Assembly (NCBI RefSeq): GCF_002105155.1
Contig: NW_019028981.1
Coordinates: 1,426,001 to 1,490,000 of the forward strand
DNA length: 64,000 bases
Source: Lobosporangium transversale
Taxonomy: Eukaryota
Direction: 5' to 3'
The notes beneath the pieces are model-generated. The model saw only the letters and a list, made by a program, of their open reading frames with translations. It made no database searches and was not told the origin of the DNA. Shown here one piece after another: positions 12,774 to 27,573 of this stretch (its first letter is position 1; each line of letters begins with the position of its first letter). A program made the translations under genes and the position numbers.

Positions 12774-14059
12774 TTCGTTGGAAAGTAATGGAAGTAAGTT
12801 ATTTTTTTTTAGTAGAAAGAGAAAAGAAGAGAGAGAGAAGAGAGAGAGAGAAGAGAAAATAGGGAGCCCATCGATCCTTGATGCATATAATATCTTCAGG
12901 AACAAAGAATCATGGGGACTTTATTCGTCGTCATTGTGACGATTATGGCAAAACAAGGCAGGATGGGAGAGGGTCTGTGTAGACTAAAGACATAGCTAAT
13001 AGTTTAGTTCGTTCACATGAGCAATAATGTGGAGTTGAACCGTTGGCATCTTCAAGAGTCTTGTCTCAGGCTTTAGCAAACAAACTCTCGGTTAGAGTCA
13101 GCTGTCTACAAATCGATTGTTTGGAGAAAACGCCTTTTGTACTTGATCTGGATCTAACGGTACTGCATGTCATTTACTGACTAATAAAAAAAGTCTGCAT
13201 AGTGGTAGATCAAACCCAAAGGATAGGGCAAAAGATCGATCTTTTGTGAGATACAAATGGTGATATGGTGATGCGGGGTACAAAATTTACGATTGATCAA
13301 TCCAAATGCACAGAATCCTTTAAAGATAACAACCTCCCCATTAAGTGGTAGTCATAGATCGTTTGGAGAGCGTTTTTTCCTTTTTTCTCTTTCACACATT
13401 TGTACGTGTATAATGTCAAAGTGTATACACGCATAAATCTAAGCTTTTATTCCTGTCCATCTCATCCTTCCTAGGACAAAGGTCAAGGACAATGGGACGA
13501 CTGTAGGAGTATATATCAAAATCAGAAAAGACGCATGGTGTACATGTAAAATGATATAGAACCATATTACATATCAATTCATTAGTAAAGAGATGAGGCT
13601 TGGCCATCAGCATTTGTCAAACATAAGAACAAAGAGGACAGGCGAAGTAAGACAAGGCCAGGCCAAGCCATGCCTCTGAGCTTGTGTGCCTATTACCATA
13701 TGCTTTTGTGTCCATCTTGTATCTTTTTCTTTTCTCTATGGTTGACTAATTGAGCGATGGATCTAGTTGACAAACTGTAAGAAAGTAAGGTTGTGAAGAG
13801 AAAAAGAATGCAATGCCACTGCAATGCAATGCAAATGAATATCGAAATCAATAGTCTTTTTCATTTTATTTTGCTGGGGATAAATTTGAGTGTTTTTGGG
13901 TGTTTGAGGTCTAATTTACAAATTTTGATCGGAGATAAGGACACTCAACTTTTTTTTCTTCCTCTTTTCTTTCTTCTTTCTTCATTCACTCTTCATTCTC
14001 CCCTACACTTACATTCAACTTTATCCCTCGTACTTCAACTTCCTTCCCTTTCTCTCACC

Positions 14060-15475
14060 ATGTCTCAGGAAGCAGTGTATGTGAATGAATAAACGGGACA
14101 ATGGCACGAATGCAAATGCACAACTAAAAAAAAGAAATTGTCCCACGCATCTTCATGAAATACTTTTATTTTTGCTTTTGCATGGGCTTGATCGAATTTA
14201 ACAGCTGTGGCTGCGCTGTCTTTATTGCTATCAATATTTCTGTCCTACTTTTATCCAAGGAGACTTACCTCAGATTCAACTCATCTCTATCTCTTATATG
14301 GTCGATAGTGCTGATATCGGTCTCATCGGCTTGGCCGTCATGGTATGTGAAGCTATGGCTATATTGATATATTGTCTATAAAGGAAACAAACTGCAAGCT
14401 GCCATGTCAAATGGAACGATCAGTAGCATAAGCATATAGATCTTACAGGAAACCTGCTTTCTCACGCTTTATTATTTTGGTCTCTTTATCACCTTTACTT
14501 CTCGCTGTCCTTTTTGGCGCATTGGTTCTTTTTCTTTCCTTCTTCACATGACTGGAACTGGTTTAAAAAAAAATGCTTTGTAATAGGGCCAAAACTTGAT
14601 CTTGAATATGAACGACAATGGATTCGTTGTCTGCGCCTTCAACAGAACTGTCTCCAAGGTCGATCATTTCTTGGAGAACGAGGCAAAGGGCACCAAGATC
14701 GTTGGTGCTCACTCGATCGAGGAGTTCTGCAAAAAGTTGAAGCGTCCTCGCAAGGTCATGATGTTGGTCAAGGCCGGTTCTGCTGTGGATGATTTCATCG
14801 AACAAGTCTTGCCTCACCTCGAGAAGGGTGATATCATCATTGACGGTGGAAACTCTCACTTCCCAGATACCATCCGTCGCACCAAGTATTTGGAGTCCAA
14901 GGGATTCCTCTTTGTCGGATGCGGTGTCTCTGGTGGTGAAGAGGGCGCTCGTCATGGCCCCTCCATGATGCCCGGTGGTTCCAAGGAGGCATGGTAAAGA
15001 AAATGAAAAAGAAAAAGAAAAGTTTTACTAAATGGGAGTCATTTTTCGCAATGTTTTTCATCATACTGATCTGATCCATCTTTTTTTCCCTTTGTTTAAA
15101 AACAAATTTACAAACTTAATGTTTATTTATTTAATCTTTTTTATTTAGGCAACATGTCCAGCCCATCTTCCAGGCTATCGCCGCTAAAGTGAATGGTGAA
15201 CCCTGCTGTGACTGGGTTGGTGAGACCGGCGCTGGACACTACGTCAAGATGGTCCACAATGGAATTGAATACGGTGACATGCAGATGATTTGCGAGGCTT
15301 ACCATATTCTCAGGGAAACCCTCGGTCTCTCAGCTGATGAGATCAGTGAAATCTTTACTGAGTGGAACAATGGTGTGCTTGACTCTTACCTTATTGAGAT
15401 CACCCGTGATATCCTCAAGTTCAAGGACACTGATGGCTCTCCTCTTGTTGAGCACATCAAGGATACTGCTGGTCA

Positions 15476-15512
<37 letters not shown>

Positions 15513-16338
15513 CATACAAGTCAGATCATGATTTGATTATTATTATTTTGTGCGCAGTTTTAATGCTGACATGAACTCTGGCGTCATCGCTCTTTAATAT
15601 TCCTGTTCGATTGATTTGCTGACTTTTTTTCTTTCTTTCTTTCTTTCTTTCTTTTCTTGGGGAGAATAGAAGGGAACCGGCAAGTGGACTGCTATCTCTG
15701 CCCTTGACAATGGCATGCCTGTCACCTTGATTGGTGAGGCCGTTTTTGCTCGCTGCTTATCTGCAATCAAGAACGAGCGTATCCAAGCATCTTCTATCCT
15801 TAAGGGACCTGAGGCTACTCCCTTCACTGGTGATAAGAAGCAGTTCATCCATGATGTCTCTAGCGCTCTTTATGCCTCCAAGATTATTTCGTATGCTCAG
15901 GGTTTCATGTTGATGCGTGAGGCTGCCAAGGAGAATGGCTGGCACTTGAACAACGCTGGTATTGCACTCATGTGGCGTGGTGGTTGCATTATCCGCTCAG
16001 TCTTCTTGGGTGATATCAAGACTGCTTACACCAACAACCCTGATTTGGAGAACTTGTTGTTCGACCCCTTCTTCACAAAGGCTGTCACAGAGGCTGCCCC
16101 TGGCTGGAGACGCGTGGTTTCTCAGGCTGCTCTCCGTGGTATTCCCACTCCTGCAACCTCCTCCGCCTTGGCCTTCTATGACGGCTACAGAACCGCAGTC
16201 TTGCCCGCCAACTTGTTGCAGGCCCAGAGAGATTACTTTGGAGCCCATACTTACCAACGTCTGGATAGTGATGAGTGGGTCCACACCAACTGGACTGGCC
16301 GTGGAGGCAATGTTGCTTCGACTACTTACCTTGCTTAA
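14060..16338 (+). CDS. GND1: 6-phosphogluconate dehydrogenase, decarboxylating (5 exons)
   Basis: [78 protein letters not shown]. Confidence 0.98.
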
Positions 16339-16718
16339 AAAAAGTGGATTTCCTTACTATTCTCTCTTCATTAACTTGCACTTTAAAAAACTCTTCACTA
16401 AATCTCACTTCATGTTCAAAACAAAAGCAAAAAAAAAAAAAAAAAAAAAAATTCTTCTCTAGTTTAGTTTTATATTTTGGTGAATAAATTACTGGAGAAA
16501 GATAATTTTAAGAATTTTTTTAATATTATGTTGTTTTTTCCATTAGTGCTATCCATTATTCTTACATCGTCGACTACAAAGATATATATATATATTACAA
16601 ACTATTAAAAATGGAGGAAGTATATGCTTAAATACATGGCAAATGAAATACAAATACAAGAAATGTTTAAAAAATACTAAATCAATGAAAAAACCGTTCT
16701 TTCCCTTCCTCTCCTTCT

Positions 16719-16752
<34 letters not shown>

Positions 16753-16754
16753 CT

Positions 16755-18635
16755 TCAAAAGAATGTGAATTTGCTCAGGCTGCGAGAATGATTCAACTTG
16801 GCGGGTGGTTCGACCATCACCGATTTAGCATACAGCTCCTCATCATTCAACACATGTGTATCTGTAATCAATCTAGAGATGAATGGATCTGGTTGGATCC
16901 GATGGTATCCTGCTGTTGCCGTTGTTGTTGCTACTGCCGCTCCTGAGGAAGAAGGAGCCTCCTGTTGAAAGCTCAACACCATATTGATCACATCTGTCAT
17001 TAATACAAACTTCTGCCAATGCAACATTGTAGATCCAATCATTGTCATGGTCGTTGTCGTTGTTGTGTTTGTCATAGTTTCACTGGTCGTTGTCATCGTC
17101 GGTAAGGGTCCCTGTCGGAAATCCTTATTGCCTTCACTGATCGACAACAAATCAGCAAGGTGTACACCCAAGTAAGGAATACACGGTCCTTTGGTCGCTC
17201 GAAGGGCTGCACGATATTCAAAGAAGGATCGCTCAGAACCCATCAAATGCTCCAGCTCCTTGAATGTGTTCCAAATCTCTTTGTTCTGTAATAGCTCGCG
17301 TGTATGTGTCAATCGATGGATCGATGATGTGTTCAACGCTCCAATGATAGCCATTGTCGTATTGTAATTGCCCATATCACGTAGGATCTGTTTTTAATAA
17401 AAAATATAAATAAATAAATGAATAAAGAGTAAGAATTATATAAGAATGTTGTTATAACAATTACTCCCCACAAGTACTTTTTTTTTTATCATCTTACCTT
17501 GGCAATCGAAATAAACTTCTCCATCATCTTAGCACGGTGCTTGGGTTTGGGTGGAAGAAGAATCATGGTTGCAACCCATAAAGAGATAAAATTAAAGAAG
17601 GAAATGCATGTCTGAATCGCCACTGATCCCTTCTTGGTCTTCCAAACGTGGCGGAGCATATCTCTTGGCTAACGTATTTTACCATTACAAAGCATTAGAT
17701 TAGTTTCGCTTTTGCTTTACTGCTACTGTGCAATATATATATATATATAATTACCTTCAGTTTCATGAAAAGCCCATACTCAACGCAGGTCAACTGTTCC
17801 GCAATCGCCATATCCTTAATCTCCATAAATGGAATGTTCACAGCCGTATAGTCCACAATCGGAGACGAGTTATAGGAGGGTGCCCATGGATTATAGCTTA
17901 ATTTCGAATGACGATGCTGCTGCTGCTGCTGTTGCTGCTGATCCTGTTGCTGCTGTTGCTGGGTATTAAGAGGATAGATCTTCTCATCCGATACACCACC
18001 CACGGATACTTCAGAAGCTGTGGTGGTTGACGAACTATTGTTATTCATAATTGCGTTCGTGGATGACAATGATGACATCCATGAAGAGCTTAATTGAGAT
18101 ACCTGTGATCCATATGCCGGAATGTGAATTGGAGCCGAATGCGATGCCCCAATCATAGAAGATGAAGAAGAAGTATGAAGATGAGCCGGTGGAGGAGGAG
18201 TTGTTGCAGACATTGATGGCGTTGTAGACGTTATAGTATTGCTCTGTTGCTGTTGTAACATGGATCGTTGTTGTCTATATCCATGGCTGCTACTTCGTTT
18301 ATTGATGTATGGAATCGGACCAATAGGTGGTAAAACCGATGGTAGAAGTAGAGTATCGCCTTCTGGGAAATTTGATTGTTGTTGTTGTGACGATGTAAAG
18401 GATGAAGAGCCTATTGTGAACGGCCCAGGGTTTGATGACACAGACGATGCAGACCCTCTTCTGCCTGCTACAAAGGTCTCCATAGCACAGACTGAAAGCC
18501 CTTGAGCAAATGATCCTGTACTTGAACGACGATCCCGACCATTTGGAATAATATTGTGATGATTGGCGAAAAAAGTCCTGGAATGTGGACGACTAATGCC
18601 GGCTGCATTACCAGCAATATTGTTGCTACTGTTGC

Positions 18636-18682
<47 letters not shown>

Positions 18683-19355
18683 ACATTGCCGCTACTGTTC
18701 TGGCTACCAAGCAAACTCAGGTGAGCAAACGCTGCTAGACTATCCAGATACACAGAGTTCTTTTTGCTGCTGTTGGCACTACTGTTCCCACTACAGCTAC
18801 CACTGTAATTACTATGGTTGATCTCCATCGTATAATCATCCTCATCCATGAACCCCCATTCACGATCCTCATCCATCTCCTCTTCCCCCTGAATACTGTT
18901 CGTGTCATGAAAGCCAGAATCCAAATCCTCATCTACTGTCGAAACTGAGGATATGGATGAGGACACGATTGTCAAAGGCAGTTGAGGAGCCATACTTTTA
19001 GACAAGGAAGTCGACAATGAGACGGATGATGTTGAGGCTGCAGCAGCCGCAGCAGCAAAGGACACAGCATGATCAGATAACGATGACGACATTGAAGATG
19101 ATTGAGATGACCATCTCCAAGAATTAAAATAGTGAATGGACGAGAGCGGAAGCAATTGTTGATAGATTTCGTTCAGATATGGAAATAGAGCAACACGTTC
19201 ACGCAAGAACGCAGCCACTCGCTGACGAGTCTGACGATGAAGGATATCATTCGGATGATCCTTAAACCAATAGTATAGACATGAGCAAATCCTGTCCACA
19301 GTGACATCAAGTAGCGCAGCGCAGCACAATACAAGAAAGGAATCATGCGATTTTC

Positions 19356-19386
<31 letters not shown>

Positions 19387-22300
19387 GACAATGCATAAAA
19401 AATAGTTAATAACAAAAAAAAAAAAAGGATTTAGCCGAAAGAAATAAATAGAACAACATTTTTTAAAAATAGAATTTTTTTTTTTTTTACACAATAGACA
19501 TGGATGGACATTTTACCTGAGTCGCGTATTGCTCGCTTCTGAATCCTCATCATCCACCATCTCTCCAAGTGCATCAAATCGTGCAATGAACATCTCGAGT
19601 AATTCACGCGGACGCATGAACCTGCGATAGATCATCAGAAATACCTTAGTCCGAGCAATCTGGTCTGTTTTTTTTTTTTTTTTTTTTTTTTTTTTGAGAA
19701 AGAAGAAAGATATCAAAGAATGGTTAGATCTTTTTTCTTTTTTCCGTCTATTTTTACTAATGCTTTGTCATCATCGTACGATTACAAAATAAAGATGGAT
19801 GACAAAGGACAATAAGGATCATAAACTGATGAAGGAAATCAATGGAACTATAGAGCACTAAATTGTATCAGCAGCGACAAGTTCTTGGTAGGCACTTTAC
19901 GGCGAACATGACATACAAAAAGCGCCAAAACACAATAAAGCAAAAGAAAGAAAAGGAAAGGCAACAGTAACGCAATGCGATGCAATGCAAAGCAGAAGAA
20001 ATAAATAAAATAAAATAAAATAAAATATATATATATAAACAGGGATGTTTTTACTTTCCCCTTAATGCCATGTTTGGAATAGCTCCGAAAAATCTTACCA
20101 TGCGGATTTGCATAATCGAGCACGGTCAGTTGGTCAACCAAGTCTTCGATCGATGTTCCGGGCGTTGACTCGCTACAAATCAATGTCAACATCAACAACA
20201 AATTAGTCCTTCATTTTGTATATCAAACGTCAACAGTGCACATTCCCCATCATGATCATAAATATCGGAGAGATTTGGTGTTCCAACCGAACCAATCCTT
20301 CCCTCTCTCTTCTCTCTCTTGTGAAAATGGGCGATGTTGTAGTACAAAGGATACATACACATCATCACACCACATATATAATATATTTATACATTTACAT
20401 GTTATTCATAAGCAATAACATTAGAATAAGGGGAAGAGTTTCTTTTTTTGCCGCGTAAAATAACAAATAGAAAAGATCGGATGATCCTCTCTCCTCCTTT
20501 ATCTCCTCAAATAAACAAATGCTAGAAACGTATTAGGAGACAAAAAAAATAAAAATAAAAAATAAAAAAAAACCTTCTTCACCCCTTGTTCTTCGTAGGA
20601 GAATAAAGTAATATAACCGGAACATACTAGTCAACTCTTTTTTTTTAAAGCTTTTTTTCACAATTGGCGGGAAAAAAAAAAACACACGCGTCAGGGGTAG
20701 AAGTAAACAATGAGTATTAAATATATATATATATCATAAAAGAAAAGAGGATATGGCGTTGAATGATGGGAGAGAGAGGCGGGTTCGGAAACCGTGCGCG
20801 TCTTACACGCGTCGCAAACTCTCACTAGTTTCCCCGTCATCTAATTTTAAAAAAACTGAAAAAACATCCTTTTTTGACCAAACTGTGATTAATAATCGTC
20901 TGTCATGTCATTTTGACCTCACTTGCCTCCACAGCTTCGCTTTTTTTGATTTTGTGCCTTGCTTTTTGCTTTGTTTTGTTTATGATAAAAAAAAAAAAAT
21001 CCTGCGCAAGGACCATCCATATTATTTTAAAGACCAGGAGAAGAGGAGGTGGTGGGGGGAACAACTAAGATCAGGGGAAGAGGAGAAAAAAGGGAGGTGG
21101 AGAACAAGGCAACAGGAGAAGGAAATAATAAACATTACTTCTTTTTTCTTACCAAGAATCCTTGGAGCTTCTACGAGAACTGAGATAACTTGATTCACTT
21201 TTCACAGATGATCCTTCTCCTGTAGCATTGGGTGTAAGAAACTGTTGCTTGTTATAAAGTCCCTGTAATTGATGAATGCTGCTAGTACTCCTGCGGAATT
21301 GATTACTGATGTTGAGGTTGGTGTTGCTATTGTAATTGTTATTGCTACTGCTACTACTATTGCTATTGCTATTGCTGTTATTATTGCTGCTGTTATTAGT
21401 GTTGGTGTTGGTGTTGGTGTTGGTATGATCTCTGCTACTATTGTTATTGTCAGCCTTGAGGTACATTGAACTGATACTATTCCCAATCAATGATATCCTG
21501 TTGCTGTTGTTGTTGTTTGTATGAACACCAGCAGGTGTAACTGTGGCTGCGGTGGTTGTAGTAGTTGCTATGTTTTCATTATTGTTGTTATTGTTTGTAC
21601 GAGTCGGAATAGGAATAGGAATAGGAATAGAAAGCGTTTCCTCATTCTCACCATCGCCACTAGCTCCATTTGTATTCGAATGAGCTAAAGTAGCAAACAT
21701 GCTTGACATGGGAATGGTAATGGGAAGTGGAGGCAGTGAAGGAACTGAAGAAGAAGAAGAAGAAGAAGAAAGAGGAGGCAAAGCTGCTGAAGGAAGTGAC
21801 ATGTCAGTCTCAAGTATTGAAGAAGCAGCAGAGTGGATCACACTGGTGTGCGCCTGAGTTTGTGTTTGTGTGCCTGTTATGATGCTTGTTGAATCTTTGT
21901 TTGTGTTTGTTCCAATATTCGATAATGAAAGACCCTGTTTTTGTTGTTGCTGTACCTGTTGTTCTTCAGCTCCTTGTTTCTGTTGTTTCTGTTGCTGTTG
22001 CTGTTGCTGTTGTCCTTGTTGCTCTTTTTCGGACACAAGAGGCTCGGAGGAAACGGAAGAAGAAGATAAAAAGTAGCTATCCAGTACGTCTGGGGAGAAC
22101 GGTAAAGGCGGGAAGAACGGCAAGGGGGGTAATGTCGTTGCTGTACTGCTACTACTGTTGTCAATGTGGTATCGTGGTGTTGACACTGATGTTGGTGTCA
22201 AGGTTGTTGATACCAAGGGAGAAAGGGAGGGAGAGGCGGTAGGGGAAGATCGGTGGGAGGAATTATGGTGGGCACTGCTGCTGATACCGCCACAACTGTG

Positions 22301-22615
22301 AAGTCGACGATGTGGTGATTGTGCCAAAGTTGTCGCGGTAGGACCGAGGGATTGAGGATGGCTATGCTGTCGCTTATGATGGTTATAAAAATGAAGAAAA
22401 GGATTTAGTGAAGAAGAGGAAGGGGAAGAAGAAGAAGAAGAAGAAAAAGGAGGAGAGGAGAGTTGCTCAGCTGAGAGCTGACGAAGATGTTGACGACTTG
22501 ATTTGGATGGTACATTCTGATGCGCAAAGGACCCCTTTGGTGGACAAGCAATAGAAGGCTGCGGTGAGAGAGCAGGAGAGGGATATGTATTGACAAGAGA
22601 ATTTGATCGCGAGGC

Positions 22616-22651
<36 letters not shown>

Positions 22652-23029
22652 TTTACTACTGCTATTATTATTATTGCTATTATTGTCATTATTGCTATTA
22701 TTGCTTGATGAGAGACCTGATTTTGTTTTAAAAGAGGTGGCGGTGGGGGAGAAGGCTGTATTGAGAGATGAAGATGTGGAAGCGGAGTTTTTGTGGAGAT
22801 TCTTATTGAAGATGGGTGAGCTTAGTGGCAAGGCAGATGCGGAGGCAGTAAGAGTGGAGGATGATGGTGGCAAAAGCGCAGGCATCTGCACTAGAAGGGG
22901 GGGCATTGAATCAGGTATGGTTACTGTATCTCCTACTGCTGCTGGTGTTGTTGCTCCTGCCTGTCCTCGTGCTGCGGTACCTTCCGAAGGAGAGGTGATG
23001 GCAGACGCCAGTGGAGGAGCAGGAGACAT
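16755..23029 (-). CDS. Ras guanine-nucleotide exchange factor (REM + CDC25 domain) with long S/N/Q low-complexity regions; 5' exon structure uncertain
   Basis: SIEDLVDQLT, FLMIYRRFMRPRELL, IAEQLTCVEYGLF, FNFISLWVATMIL, GNYNTTMAIIGALNTSSIHRL, PCIPYLGVHLADL. Confidence 0.85.
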
Positions 23030-26000
23030 GTCAGAGAAGACGACACGGCAGGAACACGTTGAGAATGGAGATGATACTATGATTAAGATGAAAAACAGAG
23101 ATCCAAAAGAAAATGCCAAAGTGTTGAGGATGTAGAAGCGAGGATTAGGCTGTGAGAATTGGGTGTTAGAAGCTTGTGTTTGTTAAGGCTGTAAATGTAT
23201 AAGGAGAATAACGAAAACGAAAAAGTGAGAAGGAAAGAAGTAAAAAAAAAAAAAAAAAAAAAAGAAGGTTGCAGTTCAGTCGAGAAGCGATCTTCCTTCA
23301 GTCCAAAAACACTAAGAAACAAAACAAAGGAAGAAAAGGGGGGTCATGTTTTTTGCATGCAATGCGTCCGAACAAGAGAAACGGATCAAATACACAATGC
23401 GTAAGATCCATTCCTTGCGAGTGGATTAGAAAATCGAAAAACAGAAACTGGTTCCTGGGGCCATTTGTGTGTGAGATCGGAGTAGAATTGTCGATCTAAA
23501 AAGAAAAGTGAATTGGAAAGATACTCTCCATCCCCTCTTTATTTCAGAGAGAGTTGATTGAAGGCCTTCCTTCTCAGAATTAACTGGTTGGGTTTCTGAC
23601 TCCTACGGTTAATTATCTAAAAGTGTCCAAGGAATCAATTGAAAAAAATATCCAAAACCGTGGATTGTGATGAGAAAAAGGGCAGTAGTCAACATTGACA
23701 TGGATATGGCTATTGGGGGAAGCTCAGGTGGTGAATATGAGGTGGCAAGCGTCAAAACTGCCCTATTAAATTCAGACGTAAAGTATTTTATTTTGTCGCG
23801 ATGTGTTGGGAAGAAGTGAGAACTGTGTGACAAGGAAGGTATAGAAAAAGCATAACGGGAGGAAACAGGTCGGGACAGAAGCAAAAAAAAAAAAGGGACA
23901 GGACAGGGGAATATGTGAGATCGAAGATGGGGGTGAAGAGACCATGCGCGTCAGATCATGCAGCAGATTGTCTATCGTGCCGTATTTGTTGTCCTGGTGC
24001 AAATATCATGTCATGCAATGATCCAAGATTCTTACGGGACATCCTTCTAGCATGAACAGCCCTGACTCACATTACCCAGTCGCGCGACAGGACATCACCA
24101 GACAGACAAGACGACAAATATAATACTAGCTACTCAGAATGGTACATCTATCGAGTGCAGCATGTGCTAGTTTAGCGAATGCTCTCCTTTCAAGTAGTGA
24201 GAGAGAGAAAAGTTACATGTAAAAGCCTTGTGTAAACCATCTATCTATAAATGACAATGCATAGTGAGTCCTACTGCCATACATTATATAAATCATGATA
24301 CTCCCAAACAGCCTTGTAATGAAGGCAGGCACACTAATTGGTTCCCAACATCAATTGAAATGGCTCTTTTTCTCCTTTACAACTGAACATGTACATCAAT
24401 TGTTCGATGCTATGAATATCCCATACACCGTCTCTGCTCATTATTCTTCGCTTCCATGATCACATGCTCTCTTTTTTACATCATCCCAAACCAATGAGCA
24501 TTTGCATCATGTTGAGGCATGTGGTCATCCTCAGGTGAAGGAGGGGTAAAAAAGAACTAAGGGGAACATCATTCTCATGTGTTCTTGTTTTTTATTTATT
24601 TTTTTACTCTCTATTTTGATGTCTGAAGATATCATGCTGTAATTGTTGGCTAGCCACGATACTATCCCCAAAAGCTCGGCTGTGATCGCAGCAACTGACC
24701 GGGCTAAAAAAACCCGGGTGTGGTTTAATCATGCAACAATGCAATTTGAGTTGTCTCCCCGGTAGATCTCCGGTAGCAGTAGCGCAGTAAGAAAAAAAGG
24801 AGAGACGGTGACGCAGTAAAACAAACACAAGAAGGCAGTGGTGTTATACAGCCTCAAAATAGCATTTCACCAAGTTTAAATAGTAAGAATAGGAGGAATA
24901 GGAGAGAATAGTAAGTAAACTCTCAGAATGCGCGACCGCCCTCATCGTGGCCCTATTAATATAAGACCAGACAAGATCATCAATAAGCTACCAGGAACTG
25001 ACCCAGAGGGACAAGACCTGTTGCTTCGCTTCCCTTTACGGGCAGCGCGCTGCAACTCATCGTCGAGAGTAAACTGTGTGTCTGAGTTGGAAAACAAAGA
25101 CTAGAGATGTACTAGACAGAGATCCTGTAAGTACAGTCGATACAGAAACAATTACTTCCCGATTGAAGTAGCCTTTTATAGCGCTTTTCCAGGTGTGTGA
25201 CTGTATCCAAGCTAATGGATGACCAAACTTTTGGCAAGGACATGTGGGATCCACTGATCGACACTAAGTGAGATTTGGGTTTGAAATTAGAAGAAAAAAA
25301 GAAAAGAAAACCTATCACATCAAGCCACAAACCATTTTGTTTATTTTTGTGCGCGTAGTCCCGTGATAACACTCCGTTTATCTTCAAAAACAATATGAAG
25401 TGATCAGTCTCCATTATTGGGCTATTGAAATATTACCAATATACCAGTACGGCGGTATGTCAGCAGCGATCCTAGTTTAAGAGAGCGTTCTGTTGCTACA
25501 GCTTTACAGGACTTTTGTTCGTAATGTCATTCTTTGCCACCATAATGTTGGAGAAAAGAGCATTCTGATTGGAGGAGGTATCCTACAAACTAAGGTGCTA
25601 CAAGAGATTTCGATTGGTCTAGAATTATTTTCTATTCAATGACTCCACTGATGGTTTGTACGCGCCAATGTGATCGACAGTGGTGAGTCAAGCTACATAA
25701 GTTGGTCTTGTAAGAGTGAAAAGAACTCTAAGCTCTTACTAACAAATTAATGTCTAATTGTAACAGATTTATCATTGACCTTTCCAGGAATACATTTTTC
25801 ACTTAAAGCCTAGCAATTACTAAGCCCTGCTGTGTAGTAATAAAAGGGATCTAGGAGAGACAGTGACTAAGCCTTACAATATGGCGGAAAAGAGAGACAG
25901 AATAGCAAGGAGGATTTGGGATGTACAAGGTTATTACTATTGATAGTATTAAAAGGGATCAAAAGAAAGCTTAAGTTTGCTGGATTGTGCTGAACCTGAG

Positions 26001-27573
26001 TAACGGTCCCTTGAATATACATGTACGACCATCATAAGGTCTATTTTCTGATGTCAATCTGTCAAACATCCCTTATCTTACAGAAAATGAAAACAAAACA
26101 GCGTTCTTTGTAAAGACCTGAAAGGACTCGTAATAGTTGTGAATAGCAACGAAAAGTGAAGAAGATGTGATACTTAGTATTAAAGTCTATGCGAGGATAG
26201 GAAACCCTTGTCCAAAACAACCACCAAGTCGCATTTATAGCGCCATTGTTGCTGGAAAGAGTCGTCTCTGCCTTCAATAATGTAGAGTAGTGTGCTTTAT
26301 TCAAATAACTATGTATCTTTTTTTCATATGAAGGTTTCAATCTTTCATAAGGATCAACACATTCTAAGGTAGTAGGCTTTTGAACAGATCCCAGGGCACA
26401 GTCGTCGCAATATTTAACAAAAAGTTAAAGACGACTATTTTCAAGACATACTCCCTAGGAATATATTTCCAATGGGAAATCATTCTGTCCTCAAGACAAG
26501 AATACTTCCTCTTCCAAGCAAAAAAAAAAAAATAGCTTTCTTCTGAAAGCGCTTCATCTGTTGATTATGCAATAGCAATTAATTCAAGGTAATGCCAGTT
26601 CATTAGATTTTCAAAAACCATTTGACAATAAGCCGTGTCTTCCCGTTTTCAAGCTTGTCAGCATTATCTCCACATTTTGAACGCAATAACAACGAGGCCC
26701 GAGAAAAAAATAAAAAATAAAAAATTGCGCAGCTTTGTTTGAGCATATCGATCGGTTATCCATTCATTCATTCAAGTCATCATTATAGCACCATCAAGCA
26801 ATTGTATAACAAGACATGGCGCTGTGATTAACCTTTCCATACTTTTCGCAATACGAGTCATCAAAAGATTAATCTTTTCGTGATGTTTATTTATTTCTAC
26901 AGTATCTTTGCTTGTCATTCAGATGATCAAGATCAAGACTAAAAGTGGTCTAGCTATCTATCTATTGAAAAAAATCCGATCCAAGAAAGCCAAGAGTGCT
27001 AAAGTAATAGAGAAACCTGATAAACCTAACAATATCCAAAAGAAAAAAGGCAAAGACGAATGATTGTTAAGAGAGGAAGGTTTTTATGTCTGAAATGACT
27101 GATTGTCCGTGTTGATCTGACACTTGTAGTGTGTAAATAATAAAAAAAGAAATCAGAACTTCTTAGAGATATATACGAGTCATTGGATGGTTGGTCCTGG
27201 TATAGTTATAAAGGAATCATCATTTGTTTTTGATTGATACACGGCAGTGATTAAAGGATCAGATTCACCATGATGATTCAAACACTTACATGAAGGGTGT
27301 GAGAGAGATGAGGGAACAGAAAAGATGGATCTGAATTGAAAAAAAAAAAAAAATAATTTGTATTTGAAGTCACTGATCCGAGTCATGTCCAGTGCAGACA
27401 GACAAAGAGATTATTTGTCATGTCACGAAACCCAACTTCATTCACTCCTCTCTTTTCTTCAACCAACTTGACCTAGGCACGACTTGACCACTCGATTAAA
27501 CAACTGCAAACAAAGCACACTGATATCAAGGAAAAAATAAAATAAAATAAAATAAAATAAATAAAAAAAGTGA

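Noticed and set aside
20345..20354. GTATCCTTT U12-type donor on the minus strand in the RasGEF intron
   Set aside because: No plausible upstream exon and no U12 branch site downstream.
24600..27400. Long gene-free interval with small hairpins and coding-like patches
   Set aside because: No recognisable protein motif, TIR/TSD or RNA gene could be supported by eye. It may be very old debris.
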